This document shows, piece by piece, positions 1 to 11,914 of a stretch of DNA of 64,000 nucleotides. Numbering within the stretch: the stretch's first letter is position 1; the number at the start of each line of letters is the position of its first letter. The translations under genes were made by a program, and so were the position numbers. Below the pieces are notes generated by a model. That model had not been told where the DNA came from. It worked only from the letters and a program-made list of their open reading frames with translations, and made no database searches. This DNA comes from Diplonema japonicum (lineage: Eukaryota > Protista > Euglenozoa: Diplonemea), in assembly GCA_964019335.1 (NCBI GenBank), contig OZ025673.1, forward strand, positions 607,180-671,179. The letters run 5' to 3'.

Positions 1-592
1 CTGAGAGCTCTGTAGTGGCATTCGCAATGCTGACAGCGAAGGGCAAGTACCGCACATCGGGGCGAGCAACGTAAAAGTCTTGGAACTTCGGGTTGGGCTC
101 AAAACAGTACTTATCAAAGCTTCTCCCATTGGGGTACTTCGTTTCGAAGGCCATGGTGGCGTCGAGACTCCGCGACCCGAGGTCGATCCAAACACGTCTT
201 GCAGCCTTCCGCCCTAATTGCTTGTCGCCCTGCCGTGTCTTCTCCCACACGTGGCAGTCCTGAAGCTGTTCTGCCTTTATCTTTAATGCCTCAAAGTGAT
301 CTCTTAAGCTCTCTATAGGAAACGTCACCAGCGTGCTCGCAAGAATCTTCCCTTTGCGGATAATCTCCTCGCAGCTATCCTTCACAGGCGGTGCGCGTGC
401 GGGAGGCATAGGCATGGAGGATGGTATTGGTTGCGTGCTCACGGGTTCTGAGGTTCTTCGTTTCTCTCTCTCTTCAAGCTTCGTATTTACAGTGGTTTCG
501 CCTTCACTGCTCAACCACACCCACAGCATCCATATCACCACGCACCAGACAGGAACGCCATACAGGCACCAGCCCTTGACTACGCCCTTCAT
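1..592 (-). CDS. Type II membrane FkbM-like SAM-dependent methyltransferase (3' end beyond window edge)
   Basis: ATG at 592 and open to position 1. N-terminal TM (WCLYGVPVWCVVIWMLWVWL), then RVWIDLGSRS (motif I-like), YCFEPNP and YLPFAVS, typical of the FkbM/Methyltransf_21 family. Absent from the ORF track because there is no stop in the window. Confidence 0.7.
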   Translation of the reverse strand, partial: MKGVVKGWCLYGVPVWCVVIWMLWVWLSSEGETTVNTKLEEREKRRTSEPVSTQPIPSSMPMPPARAPPVKDSCEEIIRKGKILASTLVTFPIESLRDHFEALKIKAEQLQDCHVWEKTRQGDKQLGRKAARRVWIDLGSRSLDATMAFETKYPNGRSFDKYCFEPNPKFQDFYVARPDVRYLPFAVSIANATTELS

Positions 593-840
593 GTTGCTAG
601 CATGCCTGGTAGGGGTGTGTCTATGACAGGACGGGTTCTACAAGAATAAAACATTAGGGGACAAGGAAAAAAAAATATGTAAAACAAAAAATAAAAAGAG
701 AAAAAAAAAAGACTACAACACAGTCTGCAGCCTGGTGGGCAAATTTCGGATTCAGCGATTTTGTTTGCTCAAAAAAGAAGAAAGGAAAAAAAAAAGCTCT
801 GTGTGGGCATGGCATCGTCTTAGCACACATTTTGTCCTTA

Positions 841-956
841 CCTTCCATATTCGCTAAGTGACCTGCCCTATGTCCCAAAGGGGTTATAGGGGGCTATAGG
901 GGAAAAAATGTCAAAAATGCCCAAAGGTTGGTCGGTCACTTAGCGAATATGGAAGA
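841..956. mobile_element. 116-bp MITE with 22-bp TIRs
   Basis: CTTCCATATTCGCTAAGTGACC (842-863) and its exact reverse complement (934-955). TTA flanks at 838-840 and 957-959. Confidence 0.7.
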
Positions 957-1388
957 TTAAAAAATAGGGGGAGGGGGGGCAAATAAAATATCGAGGGAGA
1001 AACCAACCAAGAGTCTTGCGACGTTTTGCTTTTTCTTTTTCTTTTTTTTTTGGAGGGGGCGGGGATAGAAGCATGGCTAGCCAATATACAGGAACGTGCT
1101 GTGGGGACACGTCACTAGCTTCTATCTCGGGGGACCGGTGCTGTGTTTCTATCAGCAGGGTGGGCGTTGCCTCTGGATGGAATAAAGTCAAAATACAGGC
1201 GGCAACAACAAGAAAGAGACAGATAAAAAAGTACGCTGTGTCCGCGTGCCTCCCCTGAAAAAAACATGACACGACAGCCAATCTAAGGGGGAAGAAAAAG
1301 AAGAAAAAGTGAACCCAAATAAAATAAACAAGTGACAAGGAAGGACAGCTAGGCTAGTGGCTTCCATTCAGTCGTCGCTTTACAAACT

Positions 1389-4300
1389 CTAACGGAACTT
1401 GTACCTCACAGATGGTACGTCGGCAGATTCACCATCATAGTCCGCGCAGACCTCGATGGGGAGGTATTTCATGTTTGCGGGGATGGGCTTCTTGGAGATC
1501 CTCTCAACGAGCTGTGAAACTTTCGTCTTGAGGCGCTCCCTCTTCTCGGATTGCTTCTGGAAGAATGTGTAGATCACAGAAGTGCCCGCCGAAATCTGTT
1601 GTGAAAATAAAATAAAATCTTTTTTATTACACACACCATCGAGATTTCGAGCTCATGCTTCTCCTCAAACCAGTCAATGAACTCCTGCAGTGTGATGTCT
1701 CTCCCCTCGTCGACGTCGAACCTGTCCCACAGGGTCCAGGTCTTAGGCTTGTCTGCAGGGCCGTACTTTACTTCTGCCGGCGTTGCGGGGTCACTCGCGA
1801 TCAAGAACGGTATCGCGAGGTTCAAGAACGAGTTGTTGAAGTCTTCGAGCTTCTTGTTCTGCTGCATCACCTTCAGGAACTCCAGGTTCACAAGCCCCGT
1901 CACCAAAGCCGTCGTCGTCACCATGGCAGGGATGATCTGATGGTGTACCATGTGTGTTGCCCTGTGCATACCTTCCCAGCAATGCCCTTTGTTTTGTTCT
2001 TATCCGCCTCGGGGATCTTGTAATTCCTCGCCCTGAGGTTGGAGCATGCCGTGACGAAGTCCATGTGGTGGTTGGTGTCGTCGTCCTTCTCGAACTCTAC
2101 CTCCACCATCTTGAAGGAGCTAAGGGTCTCGGGCTTCGGCAGCAACGCGATGATCTCTTCGTGCGAGATGCTGTCGTCAACGACGGCCGTCACCTTTTCG
2201 TTCTCCTCTGTCTGGATCTTGACCTTCTTGGGCACCCACGGCAATGGGGGGCACGCTGCGGCGAACTTCACAGTCTGCAAAACATGACTGACCTCCCCAC
2301 TTATCATACCTCTTCAGGGTTCATGCTGATGGTGATGCTGTACAGCGATGCGAACATAGCCGCTGTGGCTTCTACGAACAGTGCATGCATTTCATCACTG
2401 GGATCGAACTGTGTTTGTATTGTGTTGTCAAGGTATGCTGTACCTCAAGAGGCTGGGGGGGACGCTTGGCACCGCTCCAGAAGGGCTCACCACTGTTGGT
2501 GATGGTGTCGAGGGGGAAGTTGTGCAGCAGAGTTTTAATCTCATTACTGAACAGCGCATCGAACCTAATGCGTGCCCACTTCACACAGTCCTCGTACGTC
2601 TTGGGCTTTTCAGTAACTAAAGCACCACGGATAGCCTGCAACGTGGTGATTCTGGAGCTAGGCTCCTTGTCCAGCTGCACAAGGAAGCCCTTGTCGTGGA
2701 CGTAGCCGTTGACCTCACGGGGCACTTGGCTGAAGAACCCTTCGAATGAGTCACGTGCCCATTGAATAGTGTGTTCGATAGCATTAGGGAAGTTCTTCAG
2801 CGTGCAGATGGGGATAGACTTCTCGGGGGGGTCGTGGCTGCTGCCGTAAGACTCTGTCACGTACGGGACAACGACTTGCACGTTTCCTTTGGAACCGAGG
2901 GTCCCGCTCTCGAGAAGCGGCTTCCTGTGACCCACGCACTTCGAGTCAACGTACTGTCTTGCGATGACATTGTCGAGGGCGTTGGTGACGCAGTCTAGCG
3001 ATTCCCAAAAAGCGTCGTCGAAGATGTGCTCTGTCGTCGGTGCCACTTTCTCCGTTAAGTACGTGATGTTCATGTCAGGGTTCATGACTCTGGCAGCCTC
3101 CGCTGCGCACTTTGACTTCAGCTCGCCAATGTCTTTCGGCCTGAACAGGAACTGCCTGCTGAGGTTGCTCTTCTCAATGCCGTCCATGTCAGTAACTACA
3201 ACGCTGCCTTCATCGCCGCACCCAACACCCAGCATGGCGTAGTTCTTGAGGAACTCGCAACCCAACGCACCGCTGCCTACGACGAACACCTTTGAATTGT
3301 GCAACTTCTCTTGGAAAGCTTTTCCGAAGATGGCGATCAATCCGTCGTACCTGCTGTTCTGCGGTTGACAGCACTCTGCAGAGGGCGATGGCGACAAGAG
3401 ACACTCTCTTGCCTCATAGTAGAACCACTGCTTGATTGGGGTGAACTTCCCACTTGATGCCTTCAGTACTTCATGGGCGGCGAGACCACCCAACATCGCT
3501 GCCATGGGACCGAGGTTGCCTTTGGAAACGGCAGCAAGCTCTCGGACAAGGTCGCGGTCAAGAGAGAGGTCGGGGAATTTCTTGTGTTGTTCAGCAGCAA
3601 GATTGACTACCTCGTCAGCGTGGTCCGGGTCGTGGGGTGCGGGGAGGTGCCCATGGATGCGTTCGAACTCGTGCAGCGCAAGGAACAGGAGGTGCATGCA
3701 TCCAGGGGTGTCCATCTTAGCGAAGTCTAAGTTGAGGAATTCCGGCTCCCTGATGGAGTGCTCAAGGGACTTGAATGGCATAGTCACCGGCTGCCTGATC
3801 CTCTTCACGTAACCACCTCGAACATAGCCTAACTTTGAAGTGTCAACATCCTCCTGTATATGTTTGTGTTTTATTTGCTGCTGTTAAGCATACCCCATTC
3901 TTCCTCAGCTTGAAGCTGTAGGGCCCCGTCACGACCACCTCAAAGGTGATGGGATTGGCCACGTCAAACGAGTCGTTGTGCAGCGCAGGAAACTCTTGCA
4001 GATCGGTGAACATAACCGTGTCGCCGTCACTCAGCTCGTGGCGCTCGTCCTCATGGACGGTGACCTCCTTCCCGATGTTGATGACAAGGAGGGTCCTGAT
4101 TTCCTCACCATCAGTGTCGTACACGATGTGCGCAGGGCCGTTGTCAACGAAGATGCATCCCGAGACACCTCGTGACTCTGCCGCGACGAACTTGATGCCG
4201 CTGTTCCTGCACGTCTCATTCATGTTCTTGAGGTGTGTGGTCGGCTTGTCGACATACACCACCACCTGATGCGACTCGGGGTGCTTCTCAAGAGACGCTG

Positions 4301-4673
4301 CACGCCACTCTAAAAGGTCCTCCGGCTTCAAATCCTCTTTCGGGAGTTTCGTCACAGAACAGTACTTGTTCAGCTCTTGCAACTGAGCAATGCACGAATC
4401 CACCTTGTTGGCGCCGATATTCTCCTTCGCATAGTAGAAGGCGGCCGACAAGTCGTTCCATTCAACAGAAGACGTGTCGTGCAGCGTGACGGATCGCACG
4501 CCTGTTAAAATGATGTTCTTCGCAATCTCCATCCCCAACCCTGTCATTCCACAGATGAGCACATCCGTCCTGCTCAAACGCGTCTGCGCCTCTGCCCCAA
4601 TGGCATATGTCTGGCGGTTGTACAGCTGTTCGTCAAAAGCCGTCTCCTGCCCGTCAACTTCCATCGCAGTCAT
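1389..4673 (-). CDS. UBA1: Ubiquitin-activating enzyme E1, 5 introns (3854-3893, 2409-2443, 2275-2309, 1937-1971, 1596-1636)
   Basis: LYNRQTY, GMTGLGMEIAKN, VGSGALGCE, SNLSRQFLF, catalytic PICTLKNFP, FEKDDDTNHHMDF, GKIIPAMVTTT and C-terminal UFD. Removing the GT-AG introns (40, 35, 35, 35, 41 nt) joins the ORF fragments in frame. Confidence 0.97.
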
Positions 4674-4697
4674 TTCCTGTTTTGCCTTGTCGTGCCG

Positions 4698-4724
4698 CTG
4701 AAAAAAAGAATAAATAAAAAAAAA
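4698..4724 (-). promoter_or_regulatory. Putative SL trans-splice acceptor (polypyrimidine tract + CAG) for UBA1
   Basis: TTTTTTTTTATTTATTCTTTTTTTCAG ends 24 nt before the ATG, within a 90-nt spacer after the upstream stop. Confidence 0.6.
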
Positions 4725-4763
4725 GCAAAGTGAGTCCTTTGAGGACAACGTCAACACGATAGT

Positions 4764-5828
4764 CTACCAAGCTTCACGAGAAGCCCAAACCAACTTTAGT
4801 TTTTCACTTCCCTTCACTGCATTTTTTACCTTCTGGTGAGACAAGCCCTTTACTTGCAGCAGGTCGAGCACCCATTGCAGCCTCTCTTCCACATCATGTA
4901 CCTCTATGACAACTGACTTGATGAGCGAGAAGTGCTCGTTGCTTATCCCTCGCAGTGCAGGGCCTTCTGAGCCTTCAACGTCCAGTTTCAGGAGGCTTAT
5001 GTACGGGATCTTGTGCGTTGTGATGATCTGTGTGTCAGTGTGCGTATTAAAATTTGATACCTCTGATAATGTGCGAACTTCGCACTGCACCTCCTCTGCG
5101 GCCTGCGATCGGAACTGCTTGTGAACGTCACCTGTCTGCAGCGACTGCAGGGACTCATCGTTCCTGATGACGGCCTCTGCTTCAGCACGCGTAAGACCGT
5201 CTTGCGGTCTGCAGGTTGCCGTGTGCGATGAGCCTCTGCAAATGCTGAACGTCGCAAAACCAGGATCGTCACTCAACCCGCAAGGCAGCACCCGAGGTCG
5301 TGTCTCAACAGGGTACCTCTCAAGGTTGAGACGCAGAACGGTGCATGTAAAGGGCACAGGCTCGATGCAGTACAAGATGGGCGTATGCCCCTTCGACATG
5401 ACAGTACTGGCGAAAACGCCGATGTTAGCACCAGCATCCACTACAATACTGTCGCTGCCGCATGCATCGCGTGCCGTCATTGCCTCGCTGAAGTAGTCAT
5501 TTACCTGTGACGCTTGCAGTGCTTTGGCATTCGGTCGGTCTTCGTAAAAGGTTTCGCCGTCATCCTGCAGCCTCAAAGTGACCTTGCCTACCAGCGGAAC
5601 AGGCTCGTACCAGTGCTCGATCACCATCGTATCGCTCTCCTCCTTCGCTTGTTTCTCGAATATCTCGCCTAACCCATCAAACGATCCACCTGGACACTTC
5701 TTCCTCTCGTAATGGGGTGTGCCCTCTATCATCTTCAGTGTGTGAACCTTCCCCTCAGTAGTCACGTGGGTTTTCAATGCGTGCAGGCTGCTTGCACGCA
5801 CCTGCCTCAGCCGCCAGAGGCCCTTCAT
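4764..5828 (-). CDS. FkbM-family methyltransferase, likely mitochondrial; probable 33-nt intron 5028-5060
   Basis: VVDAGANIGVF, CIEPVP, LLKLDVEGSE, VVIEVHD. Arg-rich N-terminus. In-frame GTATC...CACAG intron. Confidence 0.88.
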   Translation of the reverse strand: MKGLWRLRQVRASSLHALKTHVTTEGKVHTLKMIEGTPHYERKKCPGGSFDGLGEIFEKQAKEESDTMVIEHWYEPVPLVGKVTLRLQDDGETFYEDRPNAKALQASQVNDYFSEAMTARDACGSDSIVVDAGANIGVFASTVMSKGHTPILYCIEPVPFTCTVLRLNLERYPVETRPRVLPCGLSDDPGFATFSICRGSSHTATCRPQDGLTRAEAEAVIRNDESLQSLQTGDVHKQFRSQAAEEVQCEVRTLSEVSNFNTHTDTQIITTHKIPYISLLKLDVEGSEGPALRGISNEHFSLIKSVVIEVHDVEERLQWVLDLLQVKGLSHQKVKNAVKGSEKLKLVWASREAW

Positions 5829-5882
5829 TTTCCCCTCGCCTCCTGTAAGAATGATGCAGAGAGCACGTTAAATAACAATTAC

Positions 5883-6527
5883 CTACAACTCAACAGTGTG
5901 GCGTTTTTCGGGGCGTTCTCGGCATCCCCGAGCAGCTAGATCCTTCAGCATGGCTTCCTTGGCAGCGGTGGCCTCGGCGATCTGGTTCTGCAGTGCTCTG
6001 TGCTTCTCCGCAAGTGGTACACAGTGGTCCCAGTGAAGGTCCCCATTCAGAACTTGTTCGAGAAGCTGGCATTGCGCAGTGACGTTGCGGAGCTTTGTTT
6101 CATTCTCGAGGCGACGCTGCCGTATGGCAGTTGCTTCGGTAGGTGTAATGCTGAGGAGCTGGGGGGCCTGTGGGGGTGGGATAGGGACTGTGGGGGATTC
6201 TCGTACAGGTTTCCGTCTTCGGACACTCTGCTGGTGCCAAGAATCTTGCACCACCCGGATCGCCTGCACCTTGGCCTCGAGAAGGGCTTTTTTTCGTACC
6301 AACAGCGACTGCGTGGCCTGTGTAACTCGCATATTCTCTCTTTCCTCCTCTCCCCTCCGCTCTTGCACCTGTGCCTCGATGTCGCACAACTCCATTCGCT
6401 GCATTTCTATTTTTTCCTGTAGTCGCTGGTCCTTCTGAGTCACCTTCTCCAGTTTCACAACAGCTTCTTCATAAGCATCAAGTGCCTCTCGTCGTGTCGA
6501 TGTAATGCTCTCAAGAGCTTCATGCAT
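5883..6527 (-). CDS. Coiled-coil hypothetical protein (start uncertain)
   Basis: Open E/Q/K/R-rich heptad ORF co-oriented with the cluster; first ATG at 6527. Confidence 0.6.
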   Translation of the reverse strand: MHEALESITSTRREALDAYEEAVVKLEKVTQKDQRLQEKIEMQRMELCDIEAQVQERRGEEERENMRVTQATQSLLVRKKALLEAKVQAIRVVQDSWHQQSVRRRKPVRESPTVPIPPPQAPQLLSITPTEATAIRQRRLENETKLRNVTAQCQLLEQVLNGDLHWDHCVPLAEKHRALQNQIAEATAAKEAMLKDLAARGCRERPEKRHTVEL

Positions 6528-7003
6528 TGCCTGTGCGTTGCCTGTAGAAGATTGAACCAACTGAAGCGAATGGCGTGAGTGGGTTAAGGACACAAGTTGA
6601 ACTAAATAAACGATCACGTCCCTTAATAACTACTGGGGATGGGGATGGCAGGAAACAACACAACGGGAGCTTCCTCTCAAGGAGAACTGAGAGGGGAAAA
6701 GAAAAGGAGAAAATAGAAAAGGGTCGTGGAATGGGATCGGGAAGGAAGGATACTATTGACAAGCGAAGGGTCGGTGGGAGGAAAAGGGGGTGGCGAAAAC
6801 ACACGACTTTTTTGTTTTTGTAATTGTTTAACACCCCTGCAATACACGGCAGGAGCGGGTCTTTGCATTCTATGGCGGTGCTTCTAGGGTTACTAACAGA
6901 TAAAAGGGAGGAATAAATCTAAAATGTCATTTCTTATAATGACCTCTTTCTAGGGGCGGGGTAAGGGCAACGTACAAACAAAAAGATCTAAGGGGGTCAC
7001 GGA

Positions 7004-8488
7004 TCAACGGAAGAGCCAAGCGTCCGCACGCCTGGCCATCGGGTCACGGGGCTCCCAAAAGTTGTCGTAGGCGACGGGAGCGGCACCGAGACCCCTAGTG
7101 CCAGCGATGGCAGATCCGCACCTGGGCCTAGGGAGGTGCATGTTGTTCAGGTTCACTGCACGCTTCACACCACCGCTAGGAAGTCCTGCAGCAGGCCTGT
7201 TGGTGAGGTCACCCAAGATGCCCGCACCCACTCTGTCCTTGGCAATTTTCATGCTCGCAGAGCGGCCCCTGTAGTCAGGTCTGGCCTCCTCAGCAGGTGC
7301 CAGCTTGTTAGCCGCTGCCCTACCAGACCTCATGGTAGCACACCCAGGGGTGCGGATGTAACCAGAGCTGTAGGCGTTCGGGGGCATGTTAGAGTGGATG
7401 CGGACCTCAGGGTGGCCCATGTACCTCACAACAAAAGGATGGTGTAGCACCTCGTCGGCACGCAGGCGGACGACGGGGTCCTATTGTGTGTTGTTTTTTT
7501 TTTTGCTGTACATTCACATACGTAGTGCAGCAGACGGATAAGCAGGTCCTGCAGCTCAGCGTCGTTCACAGTCACAGGCTGCGATGTGGCAGCACCGTAG
7601 GCATTCTGCCTCAGCCTGCCGTTGATATCGAAGAACGCGTTCCTTGCCTTCGTGGAAGCTCCATCCACCATCCATGAGTTGAAGGAGCCCAACCTCCTCT
7701 CCATCTGCTGCAAGTGCTGCGAGTCACTGTCGCAATACCTTGTGCACTCGAAGACGGTACGTCCGGTAAAGACCTCATACAAGATCACACTTTGATACTT
7801 GAGTTTTATTATAATGCATACCCAAGACTGAACATGTCTGCGGGGTAGCACCAGCCGCTGCCAATGATGACCTCAGGCGCACGGTAGGGGCGGGTCGTGA
7901 TGAGCTCCTTGTCGAGCCTCTCAGTGTAGAACGAAGCACTGTAACAGTTACGTTAGTTCAGTAGCATACCTGCCAAGATCACAGATCTTCCAACCCTCAC
8001 CGAGACCAGAGCTGCTGGGATTGGGGTTCTCGAGGAGGATGTTCTAGAGTGATTGTGGTTTGTGTGATGTGCGACAAGCGTACCTCGGGTTTCAAGTCAG
8101 TGTGGACGATGCGGCATGTGTAGTGGCAGAAATCAAGAGCTGACGCCAGCTGCTTAGCGAGCCTGGCGACTTCAGCTTTGTCGCCCGACCCGAAGCGCCT
8201 GGAACGCAAAGCAGGTCCGTACAGCTGGAAGATAATAACGGGCTGACCTTCCCATGAGAAGTGGCATTGCATTCTGCACACCCTCTGCTTGTGCTCAAGG
8301 TCGTTCTTGTTAATGGCGCTTAGCACCTCCACCTCTCTGGCCGCGTCACGTGTGTAGTCCCTCTTCAAAATCTTCATGGCTACAGCCTTGTTGGTGTGCG
8401 TGTCAATAGAGCGGTAGACGCGCGCGAAAGCACCCTTCCCAACCTCATTACCCGACCTGTACCTGCCAGCAACAAGAGAGCTGTACAT
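7004..8488 (-). CDS. CMGC CLK/LAMMER-type protein kinase, 4 introns (8044-8083, 7939-7969, 7790-7821, 7481-7521)
   Basis: GKGAFARV, VAMK, HTDLKPENIL, ICDLGSA, TRPYRAPEVI, DMFSLGVILYE and LAMMER-like QHLQQMERRLG after splicing. Confidence 0.92.
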
Positions 8489-8551
8489 TGTAAGTGTGTT
8501 TCTCGGATCTGCGATGGTGTTAAAAGGGTTGAAAAGTAACTAGATAAATGC

Positions 8552-10318
8552 CTACTGAAGTAGCGGATGGCGAGCAAGGTGCTCCCTTCGGAAGGGGCTG
8601 GGATCGATCATGAGCGGTACTTCCTCTGGAAGGGGAGAGCTGTGCATGCTGTGGCCTTCACTGCAAGCATTTAGCAGTTTTTTATTTTGGATGAGCCCTG
8701 CACGCCTCTTCGTCACGTGGATTAGATCAAAGAAAATAGGATTGTACTCCTCCCTAATGGGATGATGCTTTCCGAGGTAGGTCATGACCCGCGTCATGAT
8801 GAGAACGGTGATCCCGTCTTTGTACTCGTAGTTTTTTCTCATCAAAATGAAGGTCGTCGAGAGTGTTTTGTGGTAGTCACCTGCCCCGAAGTAAGCACCG
8901 ATAAGTTTCAGCTTGATATCTAGATTGTGTTGATCGATCCTCTCCTCATCCTCCAGGTCCTCCACATCCTCCTGGTGATACTCTGTTAACATCATGATGT
9001 CTACTGTCGCTACCGTTTTCTTTACATCAGCAAGCACCCTGTGATAACTGCTTTCCTGACTTGTACCATACCTGTAGGCCTTCGGAAGGTCCTTTTGCAG
9101 TGCGTGCATGGTCCGTCTCGTGGCGCGGTAGTTCTTTTGATGATACTGCACAAGGCACATGCCTGCCATGCTCTTCGCTGCCATCACCTCGTTGTCTGTG
9201 ATACTGCGTGCCGCTTCACTGATGTACTCGCCTTCCTCCTTTTTTAGTATTTATGCAGTGAACAATGTATGCATACTATTTGCGTGGCTCTCCTTTTCCT
9301 CTCTTCCACTACCTTGGCCATGCATTCTCCGTACACTTCTGTGTACTTCTGGTATGCCGTTGTATAGTCCTGTGTTGTGCTGTCAACGTGCGAGCCATAA
9401 TACCTGTGACTTCAATGCCACTCTTGCATCGATTAGCTTGCAGATAGGCAGCTCCTCTTTCAGGTGCTCCAGACAGTTTTCTCCGTAAGTGAATTGTGCG
9501 AAGCCAAACACGAACTGTGCCAGAGACTCGTCGTCCACCATGCCTGTCTGCTGCTCCAGCTGGGAGCCGTCGTGGATGGCGAGCATGGTGGGAAGGGAAG
9601 TGATGTTCAGATGTGTTGAGAGGTTGTAATTTGTGTTGCAGTCCAACGTCATCAGCTTAATCAAGGGTTTCTCGGGCTGCTTGCTGTTGACGGCGTTGAC
9701 CAGCAACCGCAGATTAACGTTGTTTGCGATGCAGTCGTCGACGTGCGGTGCCCAACAAGAGAGGATCAGAGGGACAGACTCCTCCTCCACGAGAGTGTTG
9801 TAGTTGTCCTCAGTGACCTCAGGGTGGTTGATGTTCGAGATGCCCGCCTCCTTTGCGTCCTGCACAGACGTTTGTTGTTCGCTTTCCTCGAAACGTTCCA
9901 TTGCTTCATCGAAGGCTTCCGGTGCAACTTCCTGCGCCTCAGATATGATGACCGTACGCTTCTTGCCGATCAGCGTCTCACGTCTCTTCAACGTGTTCTG
10001 AGCGTCGGCTGCCTTGCTTTCCTCTTCAGCCGGGGGTTGTGCCTCCCATGGGTCAGGCATTGTGGATTTCGATTTGAAGTCCACATTGTTGGTGTTAAGG
10101 GCGGTTTCTAACTGGCTTCGTATCTCCTTGTCCTTTTGGCGCTTTGCCTCATAGTACTCCTCGCTGCCTTTCGGTGGGCTGAGGACGGGTTCGTCTTTCG
10201 ACTCCAGCTGCCTCTTCTTTTCACTCACCGTCCATTGATCATCCTTCGCAGTCGCCCACCCTTTGTCACTCGCACCTGTGCAGTACGCCCGACTGAGCTG
10301 GTTGCATATCTTCCGCAT
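8552..10318 (-). CDS. Thioredoxin-like plus helical (TPR-like) protein resembling YbbN/CnoX; introns 9370-9403 and 9239-9276
   Basis: PLILSCWAPHVDDC...LNITSLPTMLAIHDG Trx fold without CxxC. Two phase-0 introns join ORFs 9383-10318 and 8552-9187 through a short internal exon. Confidence 0.75.
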
Positions 10319-10722
10319 CTCTACTGCAGCTACCTATATACTGTGGCTGCCAGCAGGCTGGTAACGAAAGGGGAAGGGTTGGAGCGCAGGGGGGAGGCGA
10401 AAGCAAAAAGAAATAAAATAAAATAAAATAAACTAAAGAAAGATAAAAAAAAGGAGGGGGGAAAAAAGAGAAAAAGAGAAAAGGTAAAGGAGGGGGGGGG
10501 GGGGGGGTAATGAGAAGAACAGGTTACTTTCAGAGGGGAAAGGGGGAGGGGAACAAACATCACTCAATTTCTTTTTCCTCACTCTTGCTAAACACTAACC
10601 CCTGTATCCCTCTTTTATTATGAGGGAACAGCACATGTCTTTCCTTGCCAAGGTGTGGAAGGAGGGACACAGAGGTAAACGCGTTAAGAAAGAGTGGGTT
10701 ATTTTTTCTTTTTTTAATCCCG

Positions 10723-10982
10723 TTACTGTCCGATTATAACGTTGTTGATGGGGATGAAGATGAGCTTCACAATGAAGCCAATGAAACCGATCTGTTTTAA
10801 AAAAAAAGTTTTTTTTGAAAACACATTTTGTAGCATACCATCGTAAAACCGACCGCAGTGGCCATCCCCACCTTTGTGAACTCCTCGAAAGTAGGCTTGT
10901 TGCACTTGTTAATGAAGTACTTGGAGTCCGAGAAGAAGCCGGTCAGGGGCTTAATAATCTCAGCGTTAATGAGGTCAGCCAT
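10723..10982 (-). CDS. SEC61G: Protein transport protein Sec61 gamma; intron 10792-10838
   Basis: Spliced product KCNKPTFEEFTKVGMATAVGFTM|IGFIGFIVKLIFIPINNVIIG matches the SecE/Sec61 gamma signature. Confidence 0.96.
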
Positions 10983-11069
10983 TTTTTTTTTTTTTCTTAA
11001 AACCTTTTATAAAAATAAAATTCAATAGTACAGGTAAGCAAATCTACAAAAAAAAAAAAAAAAATGATT

Positions 11070-11914
11070 CTAGTCAGTACTTACAAAAGGAGATGTGTGG
11101 ATTGGGTTCTTGAACACATGGAACCCTTTCGAGTAAGATTGTTCTTCTTCTGCTACTGCCATGTTGGTGCGAGACACACACTGCACGTGGGCATTCGGCG
11201 AGAACTGTATGGTATTATTTTACCTCCCCCTTTTTTTTCCTATCACACCTGTATCTCCCGTGTGTCGTGCGATAGGATGCACAACCCGATACGTGTGATT
11301 GCATCCCTGTCAAGAAGGGCGGTTTTTTTATCCTTGTGCACAGCATCTGAAGACACTTCGGTGTTGAAGTGCAGCTTGCGCAGATCACGTGCAGGGCCGT
11401 GGAGGAAGTAAGATGACGGGACAGCAGGCACTTCCACTGGAGTGACCGGTGCCTCAAAAGACACACAAGAACTATGGATACCAGTCATGGCGAAGTCGGA
11501 TTCCTTGCTCTTGTGAACTGCCATCAAGTGAGTGGACGCAAGGTGCAGGTTGAGGTCTTCGTGAAGGGCAGTTGAGAGGTCACTGCCACTGCCTTCATGC
11601 GTGACACCAAGGGTGAGGGTCCTCCTCCCGTCCTCAGCCACCTCTGAGGTGCACAGCATCACCTCATTCCCCGATAACACGTTTTCTGCCATACGCATAA
11701 ACGCCTTGAGCTCTTCTCCATCATACCCAAGAACCGCGAAGCGGCCTTCTCTCATCGTCCCCACGTCCTCTTGCATCTCCACTCCCACAGGCATCACGTA
11801 TGTACGGTAACACCACCCCATTCCGAACGTCGCCCCGATAACGGCCGTTGTTGCCCCCGCCCAGAACTCATTCCTATAACTCCACCTTGTTAACGTTTTC
11901 TTTAACCTCTGCAT
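11070..11914 (-). CDS. Hypothetical single-TM protein, possibly mitochondrial; probable intron 11205-11248
   Basis: Basic N-terminus, TM (FWAGATTAVIGATFGMGW). A 44-nt GTGTG...TACAG intron extends the frame to TAG at 11070. Confidence 0.6.

Noticed and set aside
1596-9403. All introns being phase 0
   Set aside because: True for UBA1 and the Trx gene, but the kinase, RNF5-like, SAM and uL30-like genes have phase 1 or 2 introns.
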